Shown here piece after piece: positions 62,023 to 64,000 of a DNA stretch of 64,000 nucleotides. Every line of letters begins with the position of its first letter. Position 1 is the first letter of the stretch. Location of the stretch: positions 1-64,000 of the forward strand of contig CAWAGQ010000002.1 in NCBI GenBank assembly GCA_963781585.1, given 5' to 3'. Origin of the DNA: an uncultured Gemmatimonadaceae bacterium (GTDB lineage Bacteria; Gemmatimonadota; Gemmatimonadetes; Gemmatimonadales; Gemmatimonadaceae). The notes below the pieces were generated by a model, which made no database searches, had not been told where the DNA came from, and saw only the letters and a program-made list of their open reading frames with translations. The translations under genes were made by a program, and so were the position numbers.

Positions 62023-64000
62023 AGGACGACGGCAAACGCGGCGCAGCGGGAGTGACCGACCCGCAGGAGGGGAACGCGAAGCCGGCGCCGCCTTCCCGGC
62101 TCATTCGCCACTCGGCGCTCGTCAGGCGGCTGGCGGCGTCCGGTGACCACGCGGCGGTATCCGGCGACCACGCGGGCGCGCCAGGCGCGGCGTGCGAACT
62201 GCCAGACGAAGACGTGAAGCCCGAAGTCGGTCACGGCGTCCCGTCGCGGCTGACCATTCCGGTGACCGGCATGCACTGCGCGGCGTGTCAGGCGCGGGTG
62301 CAGCGCGTGCTCGAACGCACCCCGGGCGTGCAGGCTGCCACCGTGAGTCTCCTGACCGACAGCGCCTCGGTCCGGTTCGACCCCGCCATGGTGGATGGGT
62401 CCGCGCTGGTCGAACGCATCCGTAGCACGGGTTACGGCGCCGAGCTTCCGCTCGAGGAGCGGGGCGCGCTGGAGGAACAGCGCGCGCAGGACGAAGCACG
62501 CGAAGCGGAATTCCGCGACCTGAAGCGGAAAGCCATCGTGGCGCTCGTCGCTGGGGCGGTTGCGATGGTCGTCTCGATGCCCATCATGACGGGGGGCGCA
62601 CACGCCGGCACCGCGGTCACCGATCCGGTGATGCGCTGGGCCACGCAGACGATCGACCCCGTTCTCCGGCGCATCGCGCCGTGGCTGTACGCCGTTCCCC
62701 CGCGGCTCATGGCGTTCCTCCTGCTCGGTATGACCACGGTGGTGATGGCCTGGGCGGGGCGCCACTTCTACACGCGTGCCTGGCTGGGCTTCCGGCACCA
62801 TTCGGCCGACATGAATACGCTGATTGCCGTGGGCACCGGCGCGGCCTACACCTTTTCGCTCGTGGCCACCGTGGCCCCGGGCCTCTTTCTCAGCCGCGGT
62901 CTCGCGCCGGATCTGTATTTCGAGGCGGTGGTCATCCTCATCGGATTCATCCTGCTGGGGAACGCGCTCGAGGCGCGTGCCAAGGGGCGGACGTCCGCCG
63001 CCCTGCGCCGGCTGGTAAACCTGCGGCCGCGTACCGCGCGCGTGGAGCGCGACGGCGAGGAGCAGGACGTGGCGATGGAAGAGGTGAACTCCGGGGACGT
63101 GGTCTCGGTGCGTCCGGGAGAGCGGATTCCGGTGGACGGCGAAGTGACGAGCGGTGCCAGCAGCGTGGACGAATCGATGCTCACGGGCGAGCCGTTGCCG
63201 GTGGAGAAGCAACCCGGCGGTCACGTCATCGGCGGCACCGTGAACGGCCTCGGCGCATTCCGGTACCGGGCCACCACGTTAGGCGCCGACAGCGTGCTGG
63301 CCCAGATCGTCAAGCTGATGCGCGAGGCGCAGGGTTCGCGCGCCCCGATTCAGAATCTCGCCGATCGGGTGAGCGCGGTGTTCGTCCCGGTGGTCATCTC
63401 CATCGCCATTGCAGTATTCGTCGTCTGGTTCGTCGCGGCCGGGAGCGCGCCGCTGCTGCGCGCCGTCGGCGCCTCGGTCGCCGTCCTCGTCATCGCCTGT
63501 CCCTGCGCCATGGGACTCGCGGTGCCCACCGCCGTGATGGTCGCGTCGGGGAAGGGCGCCGAGCTCGGGATCCTCATCAAGGGCGGAGAGGCGCTGGAGC
63601 GCGCCCACCGGATCGACACGGTGGTCCTCGACAAGACCGGAACGCTGACCGAGGGGCGGCCGGTGATGACCGATGTCCTGGCCACGCCGGCCTTCGACGA
63701 AGGCGCGGTGCTGCGGCTCGCCGCGTCGCTCGAGCGGTCATCCGAGCACCCCCTCGCCACGGCCCTGGTGGACGCCGCCCGCGACCGTGGGCTCAGTCTG
63801 ACCGACGCCGAGTCGTTCACGTCGGTCACCGGCCGGGGCGTTGTTGGGAAGGTGGACGGCCGCGACGTGGCCGTCGGCAACGCGGCACTCCTGGGTGACC
63901 GCGGGATCGATCCGACGCCCCTCGACGCACAGGCGAAGACCCTGGCGAATGATGCGCGGACGACGATGTTCGTCGCCGTCGACGGCCGGCTCGCCGGGCT
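62019..64000 (+). CDS. copA: Cu(I)-exporting P1B-type ATPase, 3' end outside window
   Basis: One open frame with GMHCAAC (62268), TGE, CPC (63498), DKTGTLT (63630) and SEHP; start uncertain. Confidence 0.92.
   Translation, partial: MKDDGKRGAAGVTDPQEGNAKPAPPSRLIRHSALVRRLAASGDHAAVSGDHAGAPGAACELPDEDVKPEVGHGVPSRLTIPVTGMHCAACQARVQRVLERTPGVQAATVSLLTDSASVRFDPAMVDGSALVERIRSTGYGAELPLEERGALEEQRAQDEAREAEFRDLKRKAIVALVAGAVAMVVSMPIMTGGAHAGTAVTDPVMRWATQTIDPVLRRIAPWLYAVPPRLMAFLLLGMTTVVMAWAGRHFYTRAWLGFRHHSADMNTLIAVGTGAAYTFSLVATVAPGLFLSRGLAPDLYFEAVVILIGFILLGNALEARAKGRTSAALRRLVNLRPRTARVERDGEEQDVAMEEVNSGDVVSVRPGERIPVDGEVTSGASSVDESMLTGEPLPVEKQPGGHVIGGTVNGLGAFRYRATTLGADSVLAQIVKLMREAQGSRAPIQNLADRVSAVFVPVVISIAIAVFVVWFVAAGSAPLLRAVGASVAVLVIACPCAMGLAVPTAVMVASGKGAELGILIKGGEALERAHRIDTVVLDKTGTLTEGRPVMTDVLATPAFDEGAVLRLAASLERSSEHPLATALVDAARDRGLSLTDAESFTSVTGRGVVGKVDGRDVAVGNAALLGDRGIDPTPLDAQAKTLANDARTTMFVAVDGRLAG

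Overview
High-GC bacterial chromosomal window, most likely Gemmatimonadota. That assignment is inferred from gene families (expanded CarboxypepD_reg/TonB-plug proteins, BTAD-TPR regulator, receiver-like AraC proteins); no marker gene is present. Housekeeping genes flank the window (moxR-DUF58, LOG, DHS-like, Gre factor, glpD, fadIJ, proline dehydrogenase, rsgA, pdxH, ECF/anti-sigma pairs, copZ-cupredoxin-copA). A rearranged accessory region lies at about 30-52 kb and a related islet at 9-12.5 kb. The most notable structure is a module present three times: a receiver-like AraC regulator, then a 20-bp-period direct-repeat operator, then secreted 6-bladed beta-propeller protein(s) plus a secreted Cys-rich small protein. 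One copy also carries a DsbA-family oxidoreductase and a RimK/graspetide-type ATP-grasp ligase. Two of the Cys-rich proteins share a conserved C-terminal domain behind a divergent 6-Cys core, and one has an in-frame TGA right after its signal peptide. The region also holds duplicated barrel-less TonB-plug genes with a conserved triple CTTAAT box and four toxin-antitoxin-like pairs inserted at a gene junction. The octamer CGTTAGGC is over-represented across the window. Many single-base frameshifts in otherwise intact genes suggest long-read indel errors, so pseudogene calls are tentative. No rRNA, tRNA, CRISPR array, integrase or transposase was recognised.
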